A stretch of 64,000 nt of DNA. It comes from Octopus vulgaris. Taxonomy: Eukaryota. A program made the translations under genes and the position numbers. The DNA is taken from contig OX597831.1 of NCBI GenBank assembly GCA_951406725.2, positions 44,516,001 through 44,580,000 of the forward strand, written 5' to 3'. Below are positions 1 through 13,625 of the stretch, one piece after another; positions within the stretch are counted from its first letter, which is position 1; the number at the start of each line of letters is the position of its first letter. The notes below the pieces were generated by a model, which was not told the origin of the DNA, ran no database searches, and worked only from the letters and a program-made list of their open reading frames with translations.

Positions 1-554
1 CCTTTGCTTTTCATGTGATTTCAAAGAGATTTAACTGCTATTTCTATTTCAAGTAAAGACTCCCCTTTTAATTGTCTACTGTTCCCTTTTAGTTTGATAC
101 GAATGCCATATCATTGATTGGAAATGTTCAATTCAAGAAAGCACAAAAATGTTTCTTCCCCCTCCTCTCTCTCCTCTTTCTGTCTCCAACTAACCAATTC
201 TTCACAGTGTTGATGTGTTATTCCAAACTTCGCTGAATATTGGGCAATTGGTTAAAAGATCGTGGATTTCCCACATCTCTTATCACATTATTCTTTTATG
301 GCTCTGATATATTTGATCCTTTACAACTGTATGTACAAAGACCCCTTTATTTCTCACCCCTTTTTGCCTAGTATGTTCTCACTCCCAGTACGCCAAACCA
401 TTCAAAATCAACACCACGAGCGATTCTATTAGGGTGCCTGTGTCAATTAAAAACAGAAACGTCAACAGTATGATTTTAATTTACATGCGGACGACCAAAA
501 GTAGTAGAGGGGAAAAAAACCCAAAGATTTTCACATAAATTTACAGAAAGATCT

Positions 555-850
555 CTCGTTTACTTGTTTCAGTCATTTGACTGCGGCCATGCTGGAGCAC
601 CGCCTTTAGTCGAGCAAATCGACCCCGAGACTTATTTTTTGTAAGCCCAGTACTTATTCTATCGGTCTCTTTTGCCGAACCGCTAAGTGACGGGGACGTA
701 AACACACCAGCATCGGTTGTCAAGCAATGCTAGAGGGACAAACACAGACACACAAACATATACACACACATACACATATATATATATACATATATACGAC
801 AGGCTTCTTTCAGTTTCCGTCTACCAAATCCACTCACAAGGCTTTGGTCG
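555..850 (-). mobile_element. SINE family 1 (tRNA-headed, internal TA/TG microsatellite), 5'-truncated
   Basis: Reverse complement of the 3' two-thirds of 56706-57092. Confidence 0.85.
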
Positions 851-1249
851 AAGTCCCATACTATCAGAATTTGATTCCCATGCCCACAGAGGGTTAAGAA
901 ACCCCTGCTTTACGGAAGGTGGACATGAGATATACGCTTAAGCCTTTACCGAAGATACTACCCGCGAAACATGAAACGAAATGGTATTACTTCATGTGCT
1001 TGTCTCTGTTACATGTTTATGTATATACAGTAAGTGACATTGTCATAAGGCTTCTTGGTTTTTTCTTAACTTTCCATTTTAAATCAACACCCACACAATC
1101 GAGTGACATAATTAACAAACGTGACTCGGTAGTAGTGGCAGAACTGAGAGAAAAATATCTTTTTTATTCTCAGAAATTTATTTAGTTACGGAATTGATCG
1201 ACCATTTCCGTAGTTTGTCGAGAATATGAACCTTCTCACTCATTTTAAA

Positions 1250-1973
1250 ATGTTTACATGACGTTTGTTTTTCAACATCTTTCTCTCACACGGCTGGCTG
1301 TTGTTGATAATAAAACGACGACGATAATTCTCCGCCGCGATCAGTGTTTCGTTCGCGATTTAAAAGCCATAATCACGATTTCAGTCACAAGAGTGTTGCG
1401 ACCACCAATATCCCACCACCGTCCTCCCGACTCCACCACCACCACTACTCCAATCACCAACATCACCCTCACTGTATTAATATCACCACCACCACTTTCA
1501 CTACACTGATATTACCACCACTTTCGCCGCACTGGTATCGCCACCGCCACCTCCGCAACACTAAATCCACTAGCACTGACAGTACAGTCACAGCGAGTTA
1601 ACACTAATAAAGACTACCACTAACATCAAAAACACTACTACTACTACTTCGACTGTCACCACTGCAAATCGCCCTCACCACCACCATCACCATTACCATC
1701 ACTACTGCTGCTCCAACTGCAACTAGCTTGCTGCTGCTACTGCTACTGTAGCTGCTGCTGCTCTGCTGCTGTTTCCACCGTCCCCATCAGAGATGTGTAG
1801 CCGGTAGCTGTGACAGATATTAGTCAGGTACAACAACACAAGAAGATAAACTCACCACCGCCGATCTTTAAAACAAGTCTTCTCTCCAACAGTGGTCAAG
1901 CACGTCACCCCCTCCTCCTCTATTTGACCGTTGCACTAATTAAACCGTTTTCAACCCCCACCACCAGAGCACC
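1250..1973 (+). promoter_or_regulatory. Probable promoter/5'UTR region of the F-BAR gene (CpG-richer, CAC/CTG triplet-rich)
   Basis: Transposon-free and locally CpG-enriched, immediately upstream of the Kozak ATG. The TSS cannot be determined. Confidence 0.4.
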
Positions 1974-2012
1974 ATGGCTTATAGTTTTGTAGATAGCTTT
2001 TGGGTGAACAAT
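1974..2012 (+). CDS. PSTPIP1: PSTPIP-like F-BAR protein, coding exon 1 (MAYSFVDSFW[VNN])
   Basis: Strong Kozak context gcaccATGG at 1974. The peptide has the F-x-D-x-F-W N-terminal signature of PSTPIP/Cdc15-type F-BAR proteins. There are two in-frame phase-0 donors: TGG|gtgaac after 2003 and AAT|gtaagt after 2012. Orthology to PSTPIP1 versus PSTPIP2 cannot be resolved here. Confidence 0.8.
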
Positions 2013-2245
2013 GTAAGTACATCTTTCATTATCCGCTTCATTCATATTAATCTGCACACCTACACATATCGAGATTGTCCACCAACATGTTTCCTTCGCA
2101 TTTAATTCTTAACTTATTCCATAACAGCCTTGAAACGTATGTCTCTTTCCCCGTTCTCTTTTTCTCTTTCACTCTTTCATCTCGATTTCTAAAGGGAACC
2201 CAAAGCCTTCACACATTTCACTGGCATACATTATTTTTTTATGTC

Positions 2246-2348
2246 CTATCTATCTATCTATCTATCTATCTATCTGTCTATCTATTTATCTGTCTGTCTA
2301 TCTATCTCTCTATCTATCTATCTGTCTGTCTGTCTGTCTATCTCTCTG

Positions 2349-2387
<39 letters not shown>

Positions 2388-2400
2388 GTCTGTCTGTCTA

Positions 2401-2431
<31 letters not shown>

Positions 2432-2448
2432 GTCTGTCTATCTATCTG

Positions 2449-2531
<83 letters not shown>

Positions 2532-2622
2532 GACTATCTATCTATATCTATCTGTCTATCTATCTATCTGTCTATCTATCTGTCTATCTATCTGTCTATC
2601 TATCTATCTGTCTGTCTATCTA
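2246..2622. repeat. (TATC/TGTC)n microsatellite
   Basis: Direct inspection. Confidence 0.98.
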
Positions 2623-3577
2623 CACACACATATGTATGTATGTATGTACATCCAGCTATAATTCCTTGTCGGGTATTAGTTGTTATTGTCAAGATGAAGA
2701 AAACGACGATTACTGTCCAGTTCCTGTAAAAGTCTTGACAAATCTTGAAAGAACAACAAAATGTAAAGAAAAATTAATCTACTCCACACCTGATATTTAC
2801 AAATGAAAATGAAAGGGGGTTCGTTTATTTAAAACAAACATTTACATATTGAGTGGGCACCAAACTAAAGAATACATAAAACGTTATTTTCACTTTCACT
2901 GCCCAGCTCTCTGACATACCATAATGCTTCAAACATGACAATAAATATCAGTTAATTCCTAGACTTAAAGGGTTATATATATATCGTTGGCAACAGCGTT
3001 TTATTTAAATTGTCTCATTTCGAATCCGTCTTCATTAAAGAAATAAAGCCTGTCCAAATATTTGCGTGTGATCTCTAAATATTTACTCTCGGTCCTGGAG
3101 TCACTCCTCTTTTGCCGATGTACTTATGATCCTGTATTAAAGTTTATGTTAAAGTATATAAATCTGTAAATATGTGAGTATGAGAAGAGGTTGCTGAGTG
3201 GATATTTTGCTCGTAAGTGTATGTAATTCAAGTCCTTGTGATTTTGTTTGGTGTGTGTATGTGTGTGTAAGTAAGAGTTGTTGGTGCGCTTAACCAGAGT
3301 TGTTGTATAATTGGGGTGGAGACGTTTTATGCACACATATCTTACATGCATTTCTACTAAGTACATATATATTTGCAATAATACAAATTTGAGGACAAAA
3401 CATATTAATCCAAGCGCACCGCGATTTAAGACAGGAAATTCTGCAACCAACAAAACACCTTCAAAGTGACATTTAAACGGTTTGGCTTTCTTCCTGCTAC
3501 AGCTGTTTTTTTGCCCAGTTTCGATCGTAAAACCAATAGTTAGTTACTCCGGTGTTTTACAAGTCAATATTCAAGAA

Positions 3578-4143
<566 letters not shown>

Positions 4144-4144
4144 A

Positions 4145-4510
4145 GGCGTAGGAGTGGCTGTGTGGTAGGTAGCTTGCTTACCAACCACATGGTTCCGGGT
4201 TCAGTCTCACTGCATGGCACCTACTATAGCTTCGGATCGACCAAAGCCTTGTGAGTGGATTTGGTAGACGGAAACTGAAAGAATCCCGTCGTATACATGT
4301 ATATATATATATATATGTACGTTTGTGTATATGTTTGTGTGTCTGTGTTTGTCCACCCAACATCGCTTGACAAACGTCCCGTGACTTAGTGGTTCGGCAA
4401 AAGAGACCGATAGAATAAGTACTGGGCTTACAAAGTCCTGGGGTCGACTTGCTCGACTTAAGGGCTCCAGCATGGCCACAGTCAACTGACCGAAACAAGT
4501 AAAAGAGTAA
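4145..4510 (+). mobile_element. SINE family 1
   Basis: A box tggctgtgtgg, B-box-like ggttcagtc, and the family tail gaaacaagtaaaaga. Confidence 0.85.
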
Positions 4511-5303
4511 AACTGTAAAAGAGTATACACACATTCGCATTTATGTATGTGTGTGTATACATGAATGTATTTATGTGTATCAACGTCATCCTCCATATGG
4601 CCTTATCAGTAACTATCATCGTTATTATATAACGTCCTTTTCCAAGCTTTCATGGGTTAGATGGAATTCATTGAGGCAGATTTCTACTGCCAGATGCCCT
4701 TCTTGTAGCCAATCCTCACCTAGTAAGATTATAAGTTTAATAGATATGTATTTTTTTTGTTTTGGAAACTGGAAATGAACAATACTTCCTGTATAACGAT
4801 GATGCTCATTTACAACCATTACTTGGACTCACATGTATGACAGGCTTCTTTCAGTTTCCGTCTATAAAATTCCTTCAGATTTTTGGTTGGTCTCAGACTA
4901 TTATAGAAGACACTTACCCATGCTGTCATGCAGTGAGACTGAACCCAAGATCACGTGGTTGAGAAGCAAGCTTCTTAAACACACAGCCACGTCTTTGCCT
5001 CAGTCGTCATCATCAACATCATCACCATTTAACTTCCTTTTTTTTCCATGCTGGCAGGGGTTGCATTAGGTTCCATAGTCAGTTTTGGCATAGTTTGTAT
5101 GGCTGGATGCCCTTGCTAACGCCAACCATTCCACATGGTATCAGCACCCACACCAGTGCCTTTTACGTAATCATCATCATCATCCCTTAACATCTGCCTT
5201 CTATGCTTGACTCAAGTAGGATGGTTCAACAAGTCCAGGGAGCATGTCAGATTCCAGTGTCTGCTTTGGGAAGGGTTTCTATAACTGGATGCCCTTCCTA
5301 ATG

Positions 5304-5336
<33 letters not shown>

Positions 5337-5340
<4 letters not shown>

Positions 5341-5922
5341 TGACGTATATTTGCCATTTGAATATGGCTAACCCCTAAGGGTGAATGCTACTGTAGTTTG
5401 TAGCCCCAGGAGAACACCTCTTCCAGCTGGCTATAGACACACTTTCTGTGCCCTATCAGTATTTGCAAAGGGAAGCCATCCTTCCCATCTTCAACTTATG
5501 ATACACACGGACTCGAGTTTCAGGGTATTGACCCGTCATCGGCGTGTGACAATCATAGTTGTCGATGAGAAGTTGGTTCCCTTCACAAATACATATACTT
5601 TTTCCAGTATTGATTGACACTGATATTGTAAAAGTGAAATCAAACAATGATAAATCTCAGAGCGAGTTATAAACAGTAGCAGCAACACATCGTGACGTAT
5701 ATTTGCCATTTGAATATGGCTAACCCCTAAGGATGAATGCTACTGTAGTCTGTAGCCCCAGGAGGACACCTCCTCCAGCTGGCTATAGACACACTTTCTG
5801 TGCCTCCTGGGGCCACAAACTACAGTAGCATTCACCCTTAGGGGTTAGCCATATTCAAATGGCAAATATACGTCACGATATGTTGCTGCTACTGTTTATA
5901 ACTCGCTCTGAGATTTATCATT
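5337..5922 (-). mobile_element. Non-autonomous Penelope-like (pLTR-type) element in (TA)n
   Basis: Direct repeat 5337-5452/5689-5804, inverted repeat 5646-5765/5803-5922, an internal minimal HHR, and (TA)n on both sides. Confidence 0.7.
5504..5548 (-). ncRNA. Minimal type I hammerhead ribozyme (CCGAUGA core variant)
   Basis: cacacg-CCGATGA-c-gggt-caat-accc-t-GAAAC-tcga-GTC-cgtgtg: 6 bp stem I, 4 bp stem II, palindromic stem III. Confidence 0.75.
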
Positions 5923-5966
<44 letters not shown>

Positions 5967-6407
5967 TATATATATGTGTGTGTGTATGTATAAACAGACT
6001 GCTAGGACACCAGACATGTTTAAAAACACTGTTTGGCATGCTCTCAGCACATGAAACTAATAGTAGCACATTCTAACTTTTCATCATCTGACACAAGATC
6101 CCCTCCTCCAGTCCCTCCACCCCACCTCAAAATTCCTTGTCTTACAAGTTACTTGGTGATCCTGCTGGTGCCTCATAACAAGCATCCACTCCACACTATA
6201 AAGTGGTTGGCATTTGGAAGGGCATCCAGCTGTAAAAATCATGCCATGTAAAAAGCACTCAGTCCACTTTATGGAGTGGTTGGTGTTAGGAAGGGTATCC
6301 AGCCATAAAAACTCTGCCAAAACAGACACAGTAACCTGAGGTGGTCTCCTACATGGCTGGCCCCTGTCAACTGTCCTACCCATGCATGGAAGAGGGACAT
6401 TAAATGA

Positions 6408-6442
<35 letters not shown>

Positions 6443-6443
<1 letters not shown>

Positions 6444-6874
6444 CAAGCTGGTAGAAACGTTAGCATGCTGGGAGCAATGATTTGCAGTATTACGTCTGTC
6501 TTTACGTTCTGAGTTCAAATTCCACCAGGTCGACTTTGCCTTTCATCCTTTTAGGGTTGATAAATTAAGTTCCAGCTGCATTCTGGGGTCGATCTGATCA
6601 ACTGGCCCCCTCCCCCAAAATTTTGGACCTTGTGCCTAGAGTAGAAAAGAATATTTATTTAATGAAGGCGGCGAGCTGGCAAAAACGTTAGCAAGCTAGG
6701 TGTAATGTTTAGTGGTATTTCGTCTGTCTTTACATTCTGAGTTCAAATTCCGCCGAGGTGAACTTTGCCTTTCATTCTTTCAGGGTCAATAAATTAAGTA
6801 CCAGTTGTGTACTGGAGTTGATCTGATTGACTGCCCCTCCCCCCCAAATTTTGGACCTTGTACCTAGTGTAGAA
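6443..6874 (+). mobile_element. SINE family 2, two tandem copies (others at 15172-15330, 48670-49210, 51835-52045, 59811-60030, 60101-60283, 60835-61017, 62430-62640)
   Basis: ggcggcgagctggcag head, B box gagttcaaattcc, and core gactttgcctttcatcctttcggggtcgataaa. Confidence 0.85.
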
Positions 6875-6875
6875 A

Positions 6876-8219
<1,344 letters not shown>

Positions 8220-8232
8220 GGAAAAGGCATAA

Positions 8233-9039
8233 ATAATGAACTTTATACATTTATTTATTTGTGCTATGATGTCATCATCACTGCAATAGGCATTTTTTAT
8301 GTTGGGGAACAGAGGATAGTCAAATAGGGTCAAATCAGGAGAACAGGGAGGATGATCAAGCAGTTGGAAACCTCAGCAAGTTAGCATAATACTCTCCATT
8401 GGTGGTGTGGCCCTTTTGCCGATAGTCAATAAACACAATGCCTTTTGCACCCCCACAAAAAACTGAGACCATCGCACACCCTGCAGATCAAACAACCTTG
8501 GCCTTCTTTGGAGTTGGTGAGGAGGGGTGTTTCCACTGCATGGATTGTCTCTTTGGCTCTGGCTCAAAGTGATGGAACCCAACACTCATCCTTGCTTAGG
8601 AACTGTTCAAGGAAACCAACTGGATCTGCCTCAAACAATGTTAGATTTTCTCATGATGTGATCAGCCTGGTGATCTTTTGATCAGGTCTCAGAAGCCGTG
8701 ATACCCATCACGCAGGAACCTTCGTCATGCCAAGTTCGTTGTGCAAAATATTCTCAACTCCCTCATGGGATATGCTTACAACATTGTCTATTTGATTTAT
8801 AGTCAGCTGCTTGTCATCCTTCATTATACAGTGAACACGATCAGTGTTTGCGTCGATGTTGGTAGTTGCAGGATGTCCAGACCTCAGGTCATTTTCAAGA
8901 CTCTCTCTTCCCCTCCTAACTTAAGATGCCCATTTTTGCACTGTTGATAAAGCAGGCACGTCATCTCATAATGTAGCAAGCATGCCAGCATGAAAGTCTT
9001 TGGGGGCTAAACCCTTTTTCTGCAGGTACTTGATATCAA
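8233..9039 (-). mobile_element. Decayed mariner transposase, body; its 5' end resumes at 10083-10290
   Basis: Minus-strand remnants IKYLQKKGLAPKD and ILHNELGMTKV...WV; same family as 57095-57970. Confidence 0.75.
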
Positions 9040-9051
9040 GTACCTGTTCAA

Positions 9052-9105
9052 TGTGTTGGTAATTAAACCTGTCCTAAACAAAATGGCATTACCTTTTGAC
9101 TCACC

Positions 9106-9136
<31 letters not shown>

Positions 9137-10085
9137 GAAGCAATGCTATAAAGTTTCTGGCTTTAAAGATATTGAGAAGCCCAACTTTTGAGTTCTTTTA
9201 CAGAGTTTAGAAAAACTGAAGGACTGCTGCAATAAGTTTGTCAATCTGGGAGGGGAATATGTTAAATAAATCATAATTGAATGATCCTCCTGTATTTTCT
9301 CTTATGCAAAGCCAGGAACTTTTCAGCACCATTTCATGTGTGTGTATATATATGTATATATATACTTGAGAGTGAGTTGGAAAGTTCCTGGCTTTATGGA
9401 TATTCTGAAAGGCCTGGTTGGAGGCCCAACTTTCGCTGGATGTGCAATGTTAGTGAGCAAGTTCAACAGAGTGTAAGCATATGGAGAGAAAAGTCGGGCA
9501 TAAGAGGCACTAGACTAGTGTAAAAGAGAGATGACTGTGCTGGTATGGTCATGTGATGTGTATAGATGAGGACAGCTGTGTAAAGAAGTGCTGATCTCTA
9601 ACTGTGGAGGGAACCTGTGGTTGAAGTAGACCCAGGAAGATGTGGGATGAGGTGGTGAAGCATGATCTTTGAACTTTGGGTCTTACAGAAGCAATGATTA
9701 GTTATCAAAACCTTTGGCAATATGCTGAGCTTGGGAAGACCCATCAAACCAAGTGAAATCAGAGTCATGGTTGATGCTGGTGTCATGTAACTGACATATA
9801 AGAAATACCTTTCAAACATTGGACCTCATGGAGGCAATGACCGAGACCTTCACATTATGTCATGCGTGGGAAGAAGACCCATCAAGCCAAGCAAAATCGC
9901 AGTCATGGCAGATACCGGTGTCACACAAATGGCACCTGTGCTGGTGGCACATAAAAGCACCCATTACACTCTCTGAGTGGTTGGTGTTAGGAAGGGCATC
10001 CAGCCATAGAAACCACGCCAAATCAGACTGGAGTCTGGTGCAGCCTCCCAGCTTACCAGCTCCGGTTAAACCATCCAACCCATGC
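9052..10085 (-). repeat. Inverted duplicate of about 11945-12950 joined to 14020-14104
   Basis: Reverse-complement identity across a MITE + RTE-fragment composite; the ORF track shows mirrored ORFs (9598/12216 and 9819/11875). Confidence 0.92.
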
Positions 10086-10290
10086 AGGTACTTGATATCA
10101 AATTTGGTCCATTTTCAAAAGAAATCACTATCAGTTACTTTTGAAATCTTTTTAGAACAGTCAGAAGTGAGTTTATCTGGAAAGAAACAATACAGTTATT
10201 TATAAGTAGACTTAAAATTTATGCATGCAAGATTCCACGACTCTGGCACCATTCTTTCATGGTTAACCTATGAACTATTCAGTCCACCCT
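10083..10290 (-). mobile_element. 5' end of the interrupted mariner
   Basis: Repeats tgcaggtacttgatatcaa from 9021-9039, then the start-codon region and a TIR-like end. Confidence 0.6.
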
Positions 10291-10575
10291 TGTGTGTGTC
10301 ATCATTTAACATCTGTTCTCCATGCTGGCATGGGTGGGTTGGTTGGTTTGACAGGAGTTGGCAAGCCAGAGGATTGCACCAGGCTTCACTGTTCTGGCAT
10401 GGTTTTTACGGTTGGATGCCTTTCCTAACTTTAATATATCCATACATATATATTTGTATACATGTGTGTATGTATATATATATAGTGTAATAAATAAAAT
10501 ATATGCATACATACTAACATATATGTACGTACCTACATCTACATGTATATATACATGCATATATAAATATATATA

Positions 10576-11150
10576 CGTGAGTACAGGACACCACAACTAG
10601 ACGTAGAACTCAATGAGAAACGAAAAAGGAAAAACCAATTTTTTTACAACAGAAAAACAGAGATGTAGAACTCAACGAGAAACGAAAACGGAAAAAAAAT
10701 TTTTTTACAACAGAAAAACAGAGTACAGGACATACTACACAAGGAAAAATCCCCTATCGTCAGCTGTCACTAGTTCGACTCCAGCGTGTTTCGAAGGCAA
10801 GACAGGACACGACTCGCCAAACTAGTCCTTCCTGCGAGAGAATTAAAATAAAATTCTCTCGCAGAGGCGTAAACACAAGCAAGAAAAAAATATAACACAA
10901 ACAGGACGTAAAACGATACAAATAAAACTACAAAATAAAATGCAAGATAAAAATACATGTACAAGAAAATACAATACGAGAAATATAAATAAACAAGAAA
11001 ACAAACAAGAAAACAAACGAAAAGGCCTTTTTTCTGGCTTAGACGAGGAGATTCTAGCAGCGCATGGGAACACAGATGTGTGTCTTTACAGTTTGAAAGT
11101 CGCGTGTAAAAGGAAGTAGTTTTGGCTAGCAGTGACAAAGATGAGGAGGA
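10576..11150 (-). mobile_element. Unclassified microsatellite-embedded element carrying HHR-like motif A
   Basis: Bounded by (TA)n and (GA)n. A/C-rich on +, with an internal ~62 bp tandem duplication (about 10599-10722) and no ORF. Confidence 0.55.
10751..10826 (-). ncRNA. Candidate permuted (pseudoknotted) hammerhead ribozyme, family A
   Basis: Minus strand: actagtt-tggcgagt-CGTGT-C-CTGTC-ttg-CCTTC-GAA-ACACG-ctggagtcg-aactagt-GACAG-CTGACGA-tagggg. Stems I and III and an outer stem are Watson-Crick complementary; stem II is imperfect. Confidence 0.6.
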
Positions 11151-12697
11151 GTGAGAGAGAGAGAGAGAGAGAGAGATAGAGGAAGACAAGCAGCTGAGAG
11201 AGAGAGAGAGAGAGAGAGGGGAAGGTAAAGCAAAGAGAAGAGAACATATATATATATATATATACATGTATTTGTGTGCTTACGTTTATATATATATATA
11301 TATATATATCTCCATACACACATACAAGTTGTCTTAGAGTTCATAAGTCAGGAAAATGTGTGCTCATATATCTGTCAATCTTTATATGTATATATGTATA
11401 TATCATGATGATGGTGATGAATCTTTGAAAGATGGAGAGATCTTGAAAATTATATTGTTCCCCTTAGATTCACCTCTTTTCCAGAGTTGCCCATCAGACA
11501 TGGCTAATTGCCTTTGCTATCTGCTTGTTTTCTTACCAGCTGTTCTGCATCATTAGCAGTTGTCTAAAGCATCTGCAGATGTTTTTTAATTATTTTTCAT
11601 CCAGCTCTCATTATCTGTGTTTATTAGTCTATAATTTCTGTTGTTTTGGCCAAAGATGCTTAAGCAGATTGTATGGCAAATTACAATGATGCATTTAATT
11701 TGATTGCCATACAGCCATACACTTATTTCTAAGTCCAGAAAGAGTGAGCTGACATATGTATATGTATGCATGTGTATGTATATATGTATCTGTATGTGGG
11801 TGTATGTATGTACATTATATGTTTGTATGTGTGTATATATGTATGTGTATCTACATGTATATATTTATGTATTTTCACACACACGCACACATGTATATAT
11901 ATATGTATGTATCATCATCATCATTTAATATCTGTTGTCCATGCTGGCATGAGTTGGATGGTTTAACCGGAGCTGGTAAGCTGGGAGGCTGCACCAGACT
12001 CCAGTCTGATTGGACATAGTTTCTATGGCTGGATGCCCTTCCTAACACCAACCACTCAGAGAGTGTAATGGGTGCTTTTATGTGCCACCAGCACAAGTGC
12101 CATTTGCGTGACACCGGTATCTGCCATGACTGCGACGATTTTGCTTGGCTTGATGGGTCTTCTTCCCACGCATGACATAATGTGAAGGTCTCGGTCATTG
12201 CCTCCATGAGGTCCAATGTTTGAAAGGTATTTCTTATATGTCAGTTACATGACACCAGCATCGACCATGACTCTGATTTCACTTGGTTTGATGGGTCTTC
12301 CCAAGCTCAGCATATTGCCAAAGGTTTTGATAACTAATCATTGCTTCTGTAAGACCCAAAGTTCAAAGATCATGCTTCACCACCTCATCCCACATCTTCC
12401 TAGGTCTACCTCAACCACAGGTTCCCTCCACAGTTAGAGATCAGCACTTCTTTACACAGCTGTCCTCATCCATACATATCACATGACCATACCAGCACAG
12501 TTGTCTCTCTTTCACACCTGACTTTTCTCTCTTATGCTCGACTTTTCTCTCAAGATGCTTACGCTCTGTTGAACATGCTCACTGACATTGCACATCCAGC
12601 GAAAGTTGGGCCTCCAACCAGGCCTTTCAGAATATCCATAAAGCCAGGAACTTTCCAACTCACTCTCATGTATATATACACACACACACACATGCAG

Positions 12698-12741
<44 letters not shown>

Positions 12742-12963
12742 AGGGGTGCTGAAAAGTTCCTGGCTTTGCATAAGAGAAAATACAGGAGGATCATTCAATT
12801 ATGATTTATTTAACATGTTCCCCTCCAAGATTGACAAACTTATTGCAGCAGTCCTTCAGTTTTTCTAAACTCTGTAAAAGAACTCAAAAGTTTGGCCTCT
12901 CAATATCTTTAAAGCCAGAAACTTTATAGCATTGCTTCATATATATACACATATATATATATG

Positions 12964-13605
12964 TAGCTCCTTATTCTGGTATAGCCACCGAAGTTGTTTC
13001 CACCAAGAGATAACATTACCTTCAACATAAGGAAAGTGAAATACAATGAAAAGATAGTGTTAAACTGATGGTATTATTAAATTAATATCTAATTTTTCAC
13101 CCTCATTTATGAATTTATAAATTTAATGATACTGCAGTAAATATTATATGCAGTATTCGTTTCCACTAAGTCTTACCATGCTTTTGGCGGGAACCTGAAT
13201 CACAACTATGTATGCAATCGATTGGACCGCATGGGTATTTGACGCTCATGAGGGTCTAATAAATTGTATCGAAGACGAATGCTGCTGATGATTTATAGAT
13301 AAATATGTGAGTATAATTGCATATTATATTAATAAAGAAACAATTGTTCAGCATTAATCTATCTTTTCATTGTATTTCACTTTCCTTACGTTGAAGGTAA
13401 TGTTATCTCTTGGTGGAAACAACTTCGGTGGCTATACCAGAATAAGGAGCTATTTTTAGCACTAGAGTTAACCACTTAGCGGTAACTCTCTTATATTTAT
13501 GTATATTTGTATTGTCTCCCTGGTTTTTTTATGTGCTAAGCCACTTGGTGTTAAACTGATGGTATTATTAAATTAATATCTAATTTTTCACCCTCATTTA
13601 TGAAT
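12964..13605 (+). mobile_element. Non-autonomous Penelope-like (pLTR-type) element in (TA)n
   Basis: 94 bp inverted repeat 12964-13057/13359-13452, 58 bp direct repeat 13057-13114/13548-13605, and an internal HHR. Confidence 0.7.
13278..13355 (+). ncRNA. Type I hammerhead ribozyme with palindromic stem III and long loop II
   Basis: aatgctg-CTGATGA-tttat-(35 nt)-ataaa-GAAAC-aatt-GTT-cagcatt; perfect 7 bp stem I. Confidence 0.7.
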
Positions 13606-13625
13606 ATATATATATATGTATAAAA

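Noticed and set aside
1258-1601. Thr/His/Pro-rich ORFs upstream of exon 1
   Set aside because: Triplet low-complexity sequence with no splice or homology support; the Kozak ATG at 1974 fits the F-BAR N-terminus.
4145-4220. tRNA genes at SINE heads (also 24610-24682, 54670-54736, 60554-60610)
   Set aside because: A/B boxes only, no complete cloverleaf, and each continues into a repeat body.
10751-10800. Reading motif A (and B) as an ordinary type II hammerhead using the GTC/ATC downstream of GAAA
   Set aside because: That register gives no stem I and only about 2 bp of stem III; the upstream NUH gives full stems in both elements.
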